From positions 8,048 through 72,047 of the forward strand of contig CAYPYS010000002.1 of the NCBI GenBank assembly GCA_964415355.1: a stretch of DNA of 64,000 nt, in the 5' to 3' direction. How positions within the stretch are numbered: position 1 is the stretch's first letter; the number at the start of each line of letters is the position of its first letter. Positions 48,490 through 56,804 of this stretch are shown here, piece by piece. The notes below the pieces were generated by a model. The model was not told the origin of the DNA. It saw only the letters and a list, made by a program, of their open reading frames with translations, and searched no databases. The position numbers were made by a program, and so were the translations under genes. Source of the DNA: an uncultured Planctomycetia bacterium (GTDB taxonomy: Bacteria; Omnitrophota; Gorgyraeia; Gorgyraeales; Gorgyraeaceae).

Positions 48490-48881
48490 TGAAAAGACTG
48501 ATAGTATTAATGATAATATTATTATCTATATTTGGATTTTTATTATTTAATAGCAAGGCGCTTCTGATCTACAGGGTAACTGAAGTCAGAGAAGGGGATG
48601 TTCATACGTCGCGCAAGGTGTTCTTTGATTGGGAGACGTTTTTGGATTACCTGAAAGATATTCCTGATAGAGTCATGGGGAGAGTTTTTTTAAAGGGCGT
48701 CAAAGCATCCGGAGATATTAAATTGACCGACAGGGAGCAGGAAAGCATTGGAGAGATAATAAAAGACGTGGGAGTATTGACAGATAAAATAGAAGATAAG
48801 GAAATCGCTGAAGAGATAAATAAGTTGATGGAGAATTACAAGGGCCTGGATGGCCTGATGGAAGAACTTGAACAAAAATAA
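48489..48881 (+). CDS. Hypothetical membrane-anchored protein
   Basis: N-terminal TM; translationally coupled. Confidence 0.6.
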   Translation: MKRLIVLMIILLSIFGFLLFNSKALLIYRVTEVREGDVHTSRKVFFDWETFLDYLKDIPDRVMGRVFLKGVKASGDIKLTDREQESIGEIIKDVGVLTDKIEDKEIAEEINKLMENYKGLDGLMEELEQK

Positions 48882-48906
48882 CAAACGAAGATCAGCTAGG
48901 GGTATC

Positions 48907-49422
48907 ATGAATAAGAAAGGAAATAGCTCTATTATGTTTATATCTACGGTTATCATGGGAATATTGGCTGTGGTGTTGTTATTAGTAGCTTATTATAAAG
49001 GCGTGCATATGACAGGGCTGAATCAGGCCATGCGCATGACCATGCAGATATTGCCTTTGCTTATCTTTGCCTTTATAGTGGCAGGCATGGCGCAGGCGCT
49101 TTTGCCTCACGAGACCATATCCAGATGGATAGGTGAGGAGTCAGGTATGAAGGGCGTATTGATCGGGACAGTGGCCGGGGCAATGACACCTGGCGGGCCG
49201 TATTTGAGTTTACCGATAGTCGCGGGGCTTTTGAAGTCCGGCGCGAGCATAGGCGTGATGGTGGCGTATATTGCCGGCTGGAGTCTTTTGAATATCAGCA
49301 GATTGCCTATGGAGATAGGTATACTCGGGTGGAGATTTACTTTGGTGAGATTTTTGAGCGTTTTAATACTTCCGCCCATAGCCGGGGCCTTCGCGCATTA
49401 TATCAGCAAGGTTTTGAGATAG
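48907..49422 (+). CDS. ArsP/DUF318-like permease subunit
   Basis: G..AGA.TPGGPY..LP, multiple TMs. Confidence 0.75.
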   Translation: MNKKGNSSIMFISTVIMGILAVVLLLVAYYKGVHMTGLNQAMRMTMQILPLLIFAFIVAGMAQALLPHETISRWIGEESGMKGVLIGTVAGAMTPGGPYLSLPIVAGLLKSGASIGVMVAYIAGWSLLNISRLPMEIGILGWRFTLVRFLSVLILPPIAGAFAHYISKVLR

Positions 49423-49561
49423 ACAGATCGTCATTGCGAGATCAATTGCATTGATCCTGCCAGAGTAACTAATAAAGCAAAAGATTAGTATATAGGGGGA
49501 GATTAAGGTTTGCGTAGAGGGTTTTAGCCATATAAACTTGGTTTCTTTATGATTAAGCCTA

Positions 49562-49589
49562 ACCGCCTATAATGTATCTTATGTTAACT
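49562..49589 (+). other. dif site (XerC/XerD chromosome dimer resolution)
   Basis: ACCGCCTATAA-TGTATC-TTATGTTAACT, with the 11-6-11 layout of E. coli and B. subtilis dif; gene strand flips here. Confidence 0.85.
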
Positions 49590-49696
49590 TGGTTATATGA
49601 GAAGAAAAGCCATAAGTCTATATGGCTCAATGAGTTGCGTATTTTTGTTAATTGTCTGTGAATAACTCTTTTTCTTCTTTGGTTGGTATATTGCTT

Positions 49697-49846
49697 GTCA
49701 TTCCCGCTTACACGGGAATCTTAATAGGTAGGTTATTATTACGCGTGTTTTGGCTTATTATAGCCCTTTATAGACCAGATTATTACTAGGTATAGCCTAA
49801 TTACTGCTTCTCCCCCGCTTGTCATCCTCGCGAAAGCGGGGATCCA
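49697..49846. repeat. Two GTCAT-type REP-like hairpins
   Basis: GTCATTCCCGCTTACACGGGAATC (49697-49720) and GTCATCCTCGCGAAAGCGGGGATCCA (49821-49846). Confidence 0.6.
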
Positions 49847-49916
49847 TTAGAAGCTATATTTTTACCCCTTATAAACCCATCGACCCCTAAAAACCAGTAG
49901 TCGATATAAACCTATA

Positions 49917-50453
49917 TTAATCTAATATCAGACGAAATGATTTTGTTCTCTCAAAAACAGTATTCCTTAGCTCCCTATGAACTCTTTGCAAAATTGGCAA
50001 TAGTCTAATTCTTCTAAAGTTATCCCAATCGTCAAATGTTCGATAATCATTATTAAAAACCATATTGTTTAATTCAGATTGCAATTGGGCGATTAAATCT
50101 ACTATCTCTGTACCATAATACAATCCCATCAGACCAAGCTGTAAATAGCTTTCTCTCGTAGCTCTATTAAAATTATCCAAAGAGACTTGTCTTCTTTGGA
50201 TAATTTCAGGATTATTGTTAGTTATGCTACCCTGTTGTATCTGTAGATTAATATTGGCAAGTTCCCACATCGAAATCAACATGAGACACAGACTATTCAA
50301 AATGTTTGTAGCTGTGTTATCCTTAGCAATAAGGTATTTAGTCTTTATGTCTCTTTCAAAGTGAAATTTGGCAATTTGTATAGTAGTGTAAGCAACAATA
50401 ATAGGCGATATAAGGCCGAATACTATTGTTTTAATAATTGCATCGGAAAACAT
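49917..50453 (-). CDS. Hypothetical membrane protein
   Basis: N-terminal TM, AT-rich. Confidence 0.6.
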   Translation of the reverse strand: MFSDAIIKTIVFGLISPIIVAYTTIQIAKFHFERDIKTKYLIAKDNTATNILNSLCLMLISMWELANINLQIQQGSITNNNPEIIQRRQVSLDNFNRATRESYLQLGLMGLYYGTEIVDLIAQLQSELNNMVFNNDYRTFDDWDNFRRIRLLPILQRVHRELRNTVFERTKSFRLILD

Positions 50454-50571
50454 AATATCCCTACCAATCCTTTTTTAAATACTTATAGTGTTTGTAATAC
50501 TACCTAACAACCCCGCCCCTATCAACCTCTTCCTTGCTGTAAGCTGTGCTAAAATAAGACACTGCTATCGA

Positions 50572-51420
50572 TCACGCTTTAATATTACTGACCTCCCGAA
50601 CAAGTCTAATCCCAGTATACATTCTATCTAAGAATTGTCTTTCTAGTTTCATTTTCTCATACCTATTCCTTGGATGATGGGAAAGATTACGTACTCCTTT
50701 GTAAGATATTAAATCATTGCATAGCGTAACATCAAAATACTTCTTTTGCTTCTTTCGAGCACCGCCTTTATTCCTCCAATTAGGAGCCGATAACAGCTTA
50801 ATTTTTGTTTCAAAATTGTAATTTTGCACCTCTCCAATTGTCGGCACTATTTTTTTTGCCCTTGCCGCTGCTTCCGCTAATGTATCCACTAATCCTTCTA
50901 TTAGCTCAGTTATATCTCTAATCGCATCGATAAAGTTACCTTCGTTGAATTTTTCGCAAATCTTAACAATGTCTTTCCTGTATCTGCCCGGACGATGCAT
51001 CTCTGCTTCTCCGATTCTCATATTGCATTGCACGGCATTGCGATGCACGATAACGTTATTATCACACACCAATAAGATGCCTAAGCCATATTTCTTGGCT
51101 AACGTTAAAAAGCTATGAGAAAAAGAAGTTTCCTTATCATCTGTAGAATGAGGAAAGGCCAAAAATATTTCAATTCTTTCTTGGTTGATCAAGCATTCCT
51201 TAACAAAAGTCTCAAAATATTCTTGTAATTGTGGTTTTTCTTGTATTTCTATAACTAATACTGCTGAGCCGCGTTTATGACACACTAACGCTGGTTTGAA
51301 TTGATATTGGGGAGCAAGTGGTTTTTCGAATGAAATTCTTCTATAGGTTTTCTTTTCATAATATTTAATGAGCGTCTTAGCAATAGACCAAAGATTCTCG
51401 CTTAAAAATTGAAATTTCAT
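50572..51420 (-). CDS. Putative PD-(D/E)XK-like plus HEPN-like protein
   Basis: VLVIEIQ and YGLGIL restriction-like fold; C-terminal RNLSHH (RxxxxH). Confidence 0.55.
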   Translation of the reverse strand: MKFQFLSENLWSIAKTLIKYYEKKTYRRISFEKPLAPQYQFKPALVCHKRGSAVLVIEIQEKPQLQEYFETFVKECLINQERIEIFLAFPHSTDDKETSFSHSFLTLAKKYGLGILLVCDNNVIVHRNAVQCNMRIGEAEMHRPGRYRKDIVKICEKFNEGNFIDAIRDITELIEGLVDTLAEAAARAKKIVPTIGEVQNYNFETKIKLLSAPNWRNKGGARKKQKKYFDVTLCNDLISYKGVRNLSHHPRNRYEKMKLERQFLDRMYTGIRLVREVSNIKA

Positions 51421-51422
51421 AA

Positions 51423-52364
51423 TTAAATAATTTTAGTTATAATCTTATATAATTCTTTCAGCTTATTTGCAACTTCTTTGTCTTCTTTGATCTTGCTGTC
51501 CATCCTTTTTAATTTATTAACTAGAGACTCTATTTCTTTTTTTAAATTCCTTTCTTGGTAAGCATCGGCGACAGATTCATTGTAAGCATCTTCTATCCTA
51601 TATTTTGGATTGTTTATTAACTTTTTAATTATAGGGATTGCTTTTTTACTTGGAACGCCTGCTTTCTCAGAACGAGCTATTTTGCTAACATCTCTTAATT
51701 TAACAATGTTAGATATTACACCATCTTTATACTTTTTAAAAAATCTTTGCATTATTTTTTCTTTAGAGTTACTTTCTAAAACTTCGGGCATATATCTTTC
51801 TATTGCCCTGCTTGCTTTCATGGCCTCCAAAAAGAAATCCTCCGAAAATTTTTGTTCTGCCTTGGGTTTTGAAAGCTCTTTTCTTAATAGATTTAAATAT
51901 TTCGTGGGCAAACTTAGTATATCAAAAGCTCTTTTTGCAGTTGCGGGAGTAATGCCTGTTACCGCTGTTATGTCTTTCAAAGAATAAGGCTTATTTTCTT
52001 TTTTTAATAAATTCTCTATTTCTTTAAGTTTCAGTGCTGTTGCAAACAAGTCCCATTGAACACGAACATTATGTATATTGAACATTCTTAAAATATTCTC
52101 TAGCCTAGTTGGCCTTGGTTCAATTATGGTAGGAACGCGAGATAAATTTAACTTCTTAGCACACAACCAGCGCCTTTCCCCATCAAGTAATATATACCTA
52201 TTACTTTTAACATCTTCATAAATAGCTAAAGGAACTCTAATGCCTACTTTTTGTATAGAATTTAATAGGACTTGGAGCTCTTCTTCTCTAAAAATTATAC
52301 GTGGATTATCTGGATTTCTCTTGATTTTGTCTGGATTAATATTGGCTAATCTGGTTCCTGACAT
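51423..52364 (-). CDS. ParB/Srx N-terminal-domain protein
   Basis: NPDNPR..F, SI..VGI..P, LLDGERRW. Confidence 0.85.
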   Translation of the reverse strand: MSGTRLANINPDKIKRNPDNPRIIFREEELQVLLNSIQKVGIRVPLAIYEDVKSNRYILLDGERRWLCAKKLNLSRVPTIIEPRPTRLENILRMFNIHNVRVQWDLFATALKLKEIENLLKKENKPYSLKDITAVTGITPATAKRAFDILSLPTKYLNLLRKELSKPKAEQKFSEDFFLEAMKASRAIERYMPEVLESNSKEKIMQRFFKKYKDGVISNIVKLRDVSKIARSEKAGVPSKKAIPIIKKLINNPKYRIEDAYNESVADAYQERNLKKEIESLVNKLKRMDSKIKEDKEVANKLKELYKIITKII

Positions 52365-52384
52365 AACCTGTCTCCTTATTTAAT

Positions 52385-53191
52385 TTAAAAATTTGTTATT
52401 ACTAATTCTGGGACTTTTTTTCTCTTCTTTACATTCCCTGCTATCAAGCTTCTTCTTTTAACAAGAGTTAAATTGAAATTCTTATACAACCTTCTTATAT
52501 AATCGTGCTCTGCATTGCTCATGATAATCTTGCATCCTTTTTTATCAAGCTCAACAACAGCATCTTTTAAGCGATTTTGATCTTTTAATGAAAATATTCT
52601 CGAATTATATTCTATAAAACCATTATTTTTATGTGAAGTAGTATAGGGAGGGTCTAAATAAATTAAATCACCTTCCGTAGTATCTTTTACTGCTTTTTCA
52701 AAATCAAGACCTCTTATAGTTACATTTTTTAATATCTTACTAACATTTTTTAATTTCTCTTCGTCGCAAATCGTCGGATTATCATATCGGCCTATAGGAA
52801 CATTAAATCTACCTTTGGGATTAACTCTATACAAACCGTTCCAGCATGTTTTATTAAGGTAGATAAATCGGGCAGCCCTTCTTAAATTATTTGACAATCT
52901 CTGTGAACGAATGTTGTAATAGTATTTCTTCTGGTAGGGCATATTTTTTAAAAATTTTATAACTCCGCCAACATTTCTTTTTATTTGTTGATAGCTATTT
53001 ATTAATTCTGAATTTAAGTCTGATAAATATGCTTCTTTAGGTTCTAATGCAAAAAACAAAGCACCACTACCCAAAAAGGGCTCAAAATAGCGGTTGTAAT
53101 TTTTTGGAATAATTTTTAGTAGTTCAGGTAATAGAGCTTTTTTGCCACCTGCCCATTTCAAAAAAGGCCTAGTAGTAACTTTTTTACTCAT
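52385..53191 (-). CDS. Dam-family DNA adenine methyltransferase
   Basis: KWAGGK, EPFLGSGA, NGLYRVN, YLDPPY, SN. Confidence 0.92.
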   Translation of the reverse strand: MSKKVTTRPFLKWAGGKKALLPELLKIIPKNYNRYFEPFLGSGALFFALEPKEAYLSDLNSELINSYQQIKRNVGGVIKFLKNMPYQKKYYYNIRSQRLSNNLRRAARFIYLNKTCWNGLYRVNPKGRFNVPIGRYDNPTICDEEKLKNVSKILKNVTIRGLDFEKAVKDTTEGDLIYLDPPYTTSHKNNGFIEYNSRIFSLKDQNRLKDAVVELDKKGCKIIMSNAEHDYIRRLYKNFNLTLVKRRSLIAGNVKKRKKVPELVITNF

Positions 53192-53242
53192 TTTTGTTTT
53201 TTTAGTCTATTTTTAAAATAAATAGAGCTATGGTTCCGTCTG

Positions 53243-53878
53243 TTAAGGCTCTACTCCTAAAATTAACAAAGGTACTGGTGGGTTATTACGGCCATGACGT
53301 AGAATATTGTATACTTCTCCTTCATAATAAGCTACGCCACTTGACATCTGAGACTGCATTTTCTTTGTTGGTAGGATTTCAACACCAAGATTTATGACCC
53401 CGCCAGAATAAAAAAGCAAGTGCTTAACAAATAAGTCAAAAGCAACAAAGGCATATTTGCCAAACTGTACTTCTACGGCAACTTGTTTTTTTACAAAATC
53501 AGTTTGCTTATATGATGCAATTGGGTGCTTAGTACCGTTTTTAATCAGAAATTCTTTCTGTTTTTTGTAAGATAAAGGAACTAATTCTTGCATTATTTTA
53601 TAATCGGTTGTTACATAGTACTGATAGCGACTTTCTTTCCACCCATGAGTTCTAAATTTATTCCTGAATTTTTCATTAAGCGCTATAGGGCTATATAGAG
53701 GCTTGCCTTTCATGGTTTTCTCTTTGCTGATCTTTGTCATTAGCTTTTTAGCGTCTATGCTGTTTATGGTTTTGATAATCTCATTATACAAACTCTTGTG
53801 ATGGACTATTAAATACTCTTCTCCGTTTAGGTGGGAATGTTTCTGTGCTATACGCATACATAGGCTCCTTTCATCCAC
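53243..53878 (-). CDS. BglII/BstYI-family type II restriction endonuclease
   Basis: SHLNGEE, QTDFVK..VAVEVQFGKY, YYEGE. Confidence 0.88.
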   Translation of the reverse strand: MDERSLCMRIAQKHSHLNGEEYLIVHHKSLYNEIIKTINSIDAKKLMTKISKEKTMKGKPLYSPIALNEKFRNKFRTHGWKESRYQYYVTTDYKIMQELVPLSYKKQKEFLIKNGTKHPIASYKQTDFVKKQVAVEVQFGKYAFVAFDLFVKHLLFYSGGVINLGVEILPTKKMQSQMSSGVAYYEGEVYNILRHGRNNPPVPLLILGVEP

Positions 53879-54852
53879 TCTTTAGGAATTCTGGCCATTT
53901 TGTCATTAGGAGAAGGATTGTGTATGGGTTTATTGATAGGCCGAAGCTTTAGTTTATTGTTTTTTAACATTAATAAGCGTTTTTTGGCGGTTTCTATATA
54001 TTTTTTGTTGCTGTCTATTCCTATAGCATTTCTGTTGTTTTTCATAGCTGCGATTAATGTCGAGCCAACACCTGCATATGGATCTAATACCCAGCTGCCT
54101 TCTTTTGTTAAAGCGAGGATGCACCGTTCTACAAGTTCGACAGGAAATTGACAAGGATGAGTAGTTTTTTCAGGATGGTTTGCTTTAACATTTGGTATGT
54201 TCCAAAAGCCTTTTTCCCAATCTTTGCTTAAAATCTCCCATACATCAGAAGGATTTTTTCCATTAGGATTTCCAGAAAGCTTTCCTCTCTTGGGGCCCTT
54301 GAAATGTTTTTTTCCAGGATATTTTGCAGGTATACGTACATTATCTAAATTGAAAATATAGTCATTTGATTTAGAAAACCATAGGATTGTTTCGTACCTG
54401 CCTGAGAATCTCTTGGATGCATGTAGTCCGTGCCCAAAATGCCAAATTAATCTATTTCTAAGTTTTAAGCCGTGTTTTTTAAATATATTATAATAAAAAA
54501 TATCAAGTGGGAATATCTCTCCTTTATTAACGTAATTGCCTATTTGCCAACAAATACTGCCTCTTTTAGACGTTAACTTAACAAGCTGCTCGATGACTCT
54601 ACCTTGTTTATCTAAATACCGCTCTATTGATTCTTTATTTTCGTATTCCTTCCCTAGGTTATAAGGGGGAGAAGTAATTATTAGATCGAATTTTCCTTTA
54701 TCTAGTTTCTCTAAATTTCTGAGAGTGTCTCCTAGTATAAGCTTGGTCTCTGTATTTTTATACATATTGTTTATTTTAGTTAAATTAGAGCTCGCCATTT
54801 TCTTGGATTCTCCTGCTGAAGCTTGCCCAAAAAGATCATTAATTAATGTCAT
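53848..54852 (-). CDS. Site-specific DNA methyltransferase (N4-C/N6-A, beta class)
   Basis: ITSPPYN, HPCQFP, DPYAGVGST; ATG after AAGGAGG. Confidence 0.92.
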   Translation of the reverse strand: MTLINDLFGQASAGESKKMASSNLTKINNMYKNTETKLILGDTLRNLEKLDKGKFDLIITSPPYNLGKEYENKESIERYLDKQGRVIEQLVKLTSKRGSICWQIGNYVNKGEIFPLDIFYYNIFKKHGLKLRNRLIWHFGHGLHASKRFSGRYETILWFSKSNDYIFNLDNVRIPAKYPGKKHFKGPKRGKLSGNPNGKNPSDVWEILSKDWEKGFWNIPNVKANHPEKTTHPCQFPVELVERCILALTKEGSWVLDPYAGVGSTLIAAMKNNRNAIGIDSNKKYIETAKKRLLMLKNNKLKLRPINKPIHNPSPNDKMARIPKEWMKGAYVCV

Positions 54853-54868
54853 TTTACACCTCCTTAGG

Positions 54869-55030
54869 TTAATAGTCAATAGCGCTGACTATATTATCTA
54901 ATTCTATATAATAGGACATACTATCTCTTGGGTTTCTTTCAAATGTTTTTGGATTTATTGTTATAGGCAGGTAGGTGATTATAAAGATAGCTGTTATTAG
55001 GATGCTTTTAATAAACTTGGTTAGAAACAC
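54869..55030 (-). CDS. 53-aa hydrophobic peptide (YLPITINP family)
   Basis: GGAGG-GTG; MFLTKFIKSILITAIFIITYLPITINPKTFERN...; stop lies just before the MTase RBS. Confidence 0.6.
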   Translation of the reverse strand: MFLTKFIKSILITAIFIITYLPITINPKTFERNPRDSMSYYIELDNIVSAIDY

Positions 55031-55108
55031 AAAAACCTCCTTTACGGTTATGTAAAGAAGGTTTTAATTATTTTATAGTCGCAGTTCCCCCTTCCTTAAC
55101 GTACGACT
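55031..55108 (-). ncRNA. Structured leader type B, second copy
   Basis: AGTCGTACGTTAAGGAAGGGGGAACTGCGACT..TAAAACCTTCTTTAC..GTAAAGGAGGTTTT. Confidence 0.55.
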
Positions 55109-55223
55109 TGAGGATTTTCTTCTCAGGCATATATTGAAGACTAAAGCCACAGGCATCCTGCAAGGGTACGCACTACTATAAGTTGCACCAAAATAGGACG
55201 CCTGCTATTCCGCGTTCTATTGC

Positions 55224-55346
55224 TTATGCTTTTTTGATTCTTTCAACAACAGCGGTTCTTTTCTGCCTTCTCGCTCTTGCTACAGGAATAAATCTACCTG
55301 TTATAGCGCTTCTTCCAGCCAGCCTTGTTTTACTTTTCTTGCTCAT
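55224..55346 (-). CDS. 40-aa basic peptide (GRSAITGRFIPV family)
   Basis: RBS AAGGAGGTG; MSKKSKTRLAGRSAITGRFIPVARARRQKRTAVVERIKKA*. Confidence 0.7.
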   Translation of the reverse strand: MSKKSKTRLAGRSAITGRFIPVARARRQKRTAVVERIKKA

Positions 55347-55375
55347 TGCAATCCACCTCCTTTCTCAAAAAACAG

Positions 55376-55450
55376 AAAAACCCTCACAGCTTTCGCCATG
55401 AAGGTTTTACTTTTTTAACGTCCGGGATTTACCCCTTCTTAACTCGGGAC
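55376..55450 (-). ncRNA. Structured leader type A, second copy
   Basis: TTGACA-17-TAAAAT promoter (55498-55470); GTCCCGAGTTAAGAAGGGGTAAATCCCGGAC plus terminator. Confidence 0.55.
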
Positions 55451-55613
55451 TTTATTTGATTATACTTATATTTTACATGCCAGGGGTGGGTTTGTCAAGG
55501 ATTTGCACTCTCGTTAACTCATTTGCAAATCACTTTTTAACCCCGTCTGCCCTCGCCTACCCTTTTCTCTCTATCTAAGACACTGCATCATCGAAGCCTT
55601 AAAGCTTTTCCTC

Positions 55614-55755
55614 GCCCTGTAGTGTTTCGGAGGTCTCTCACGCCTCCGAAACACTACAGGGCTCCCAAACCCAAAACACCTAAATGAGATCGCTTCGTCG
55701 CCTACGGCTCCTCGCAATGACGTTCTTCTCGACTCGCTTCGCTCGCTCGAAGAAT
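55614..55755. repeat. Cluster of REP-like hairpins
   Basis: 20-bp perfect stem 55614-55662; GCTTCGTCG..CTCGCAATGAC; ACTCGCTTCGCTCG. Confidence 0.65.
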
Positions 55756-55797
55756 ATTACCTTTCTCTACTACCCCCCCCTATCTCTTCCCCTCCTA

Positions 55798-56160
55798 CTA
55801 CAATATACTAAACATAACCACTACCCCTAAAACCACTGTAAAAACCCCATATACCCGCCAGGCGATGAGAGGGCGGCTGGTGAAGTAGTTGAATGTGGAT
55901 ATTAGGGTGTTCCTGGGGGATATGAGTATGAATAGGGCTTTTATTAGGGATATTATGCCTAAGAGCTTTATGAAGAGCTGGAGGCGTGATGCAGGGTGAG
56001 CCCAGAGGAATAATATGCCTGCTAGTAAAGGCAGTATGAATAGGGGTTTTGTTGGCTTTATTAGCTTGGTATAAAAGGTTTTTGATTTTAAGGGGAATAT
56101 GAGAAATACTAGGCCTGCGAGGAGCCAGAAGACGGAAATTACTAATAGAAATATTTTCAT
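55798..56160 (-). CDS. Small 4-TM membrane protein
   Basis: Hydrophobic ORF. Confidence 0.6.
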   Translation of the reverse strand: MKIFLLVISVFWLLAGLVFLIFPLKSKTFYTKLIKPTKPLFILPLLAGILFLWAHPASRLQLFIKLLGIISLIKALFILISPRNTLISTFNYFTSRPLIAWRVYGVFTVVLGVVVMFSIL

Positions 56161-56168
56161 ATGTCACT

Positions 56169-56804
56169 TTACTCTTTTGGTTCAGTCAAAGTTTCTATTT
56201 CTTCATGGACTGTCTCTGCAGCTTCGGTTGCGACTTCTGCTGGCTCGGGTATGCTTTTTGCTGCAGGTCTCGTTCCCCCAGAGATTTCATGTAAAATAAT
56301 TTTCTTGGTTGCTTCATACTCTGTTTCCGTGATCAATTTCTTATCATATAAAGACTGTAATTGAACTAATTTATCTTCAAGCGTCGCATCTTTTTTTACT
56401 GCTCTTGAAGCGGAAGTCGCTGTAGCATTAGTTAATCTCTTCATCTCTACATGGACGCTTTCCGGGACAAGTTTCCATTGAGCGCCTGTCATAGCATCTA
56501 CTCCCCATCCTATCAAACCACCAAGAAGAATGTTTCCAGCAACAGCACCGCTTATAACATGCATCAATAACACATGTTCTGTTTCATAACCTTCTTTGGT
56601 AAATATAAGGTTATGATCTGTTTTTCTTCGCAGTTTTAAAGTCGTGGGTGTCTTATGGGAACCTGTTCCATCTACGCTAACTGTAGCACCTGGAGGATTA
56701 GTAGAAACCGGGACTCTTTGGTTTGGACCACAAGTAATTGTAGCACAACCAGACATGGTGAGAATAAAAACCATCAAGACTGCACAGATGAAGATTTTCT
56801 GCAT
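56169..56804 (-). CDS. PEGA-domain lipoprotein with SHOCT C-terminus
   Basis: SGC lipobox, TNPPGA.V.VDG..TP, L..L..LYDKKLITETEY. Confidence 0.8.
   Translation of the reverse strand: MQKIFICAVLMVFILTMSGCATITCGPNQRVPVSTNPPGATVSVDGTGSHKTPTTLKLRRKTDHNLIFTKEGYETEHVLLMHVISGAVAGNILLGGLIGWGVDAMTGAQWKLVPESVHVEMKRLTNATATSASRAVKKDATLEDKLVQLQSLYDKKLITETEYEATKKIILHEISGGTRPAAKSIPEPAEVATEAAETVHEEIETLTEPKE

Noticed and set aside
51423-52364. ParB protein as a chromosome or plasmid partition gene
   Set aside because: No parA partner or parS seen; it lies inside an RM operon at the terminus
55183-55401. Plus-strand 72-aa hydrophobic ORF
   Set aside because: Antisense shadow of the 40-aa peptide, which has a strong SD and promoter
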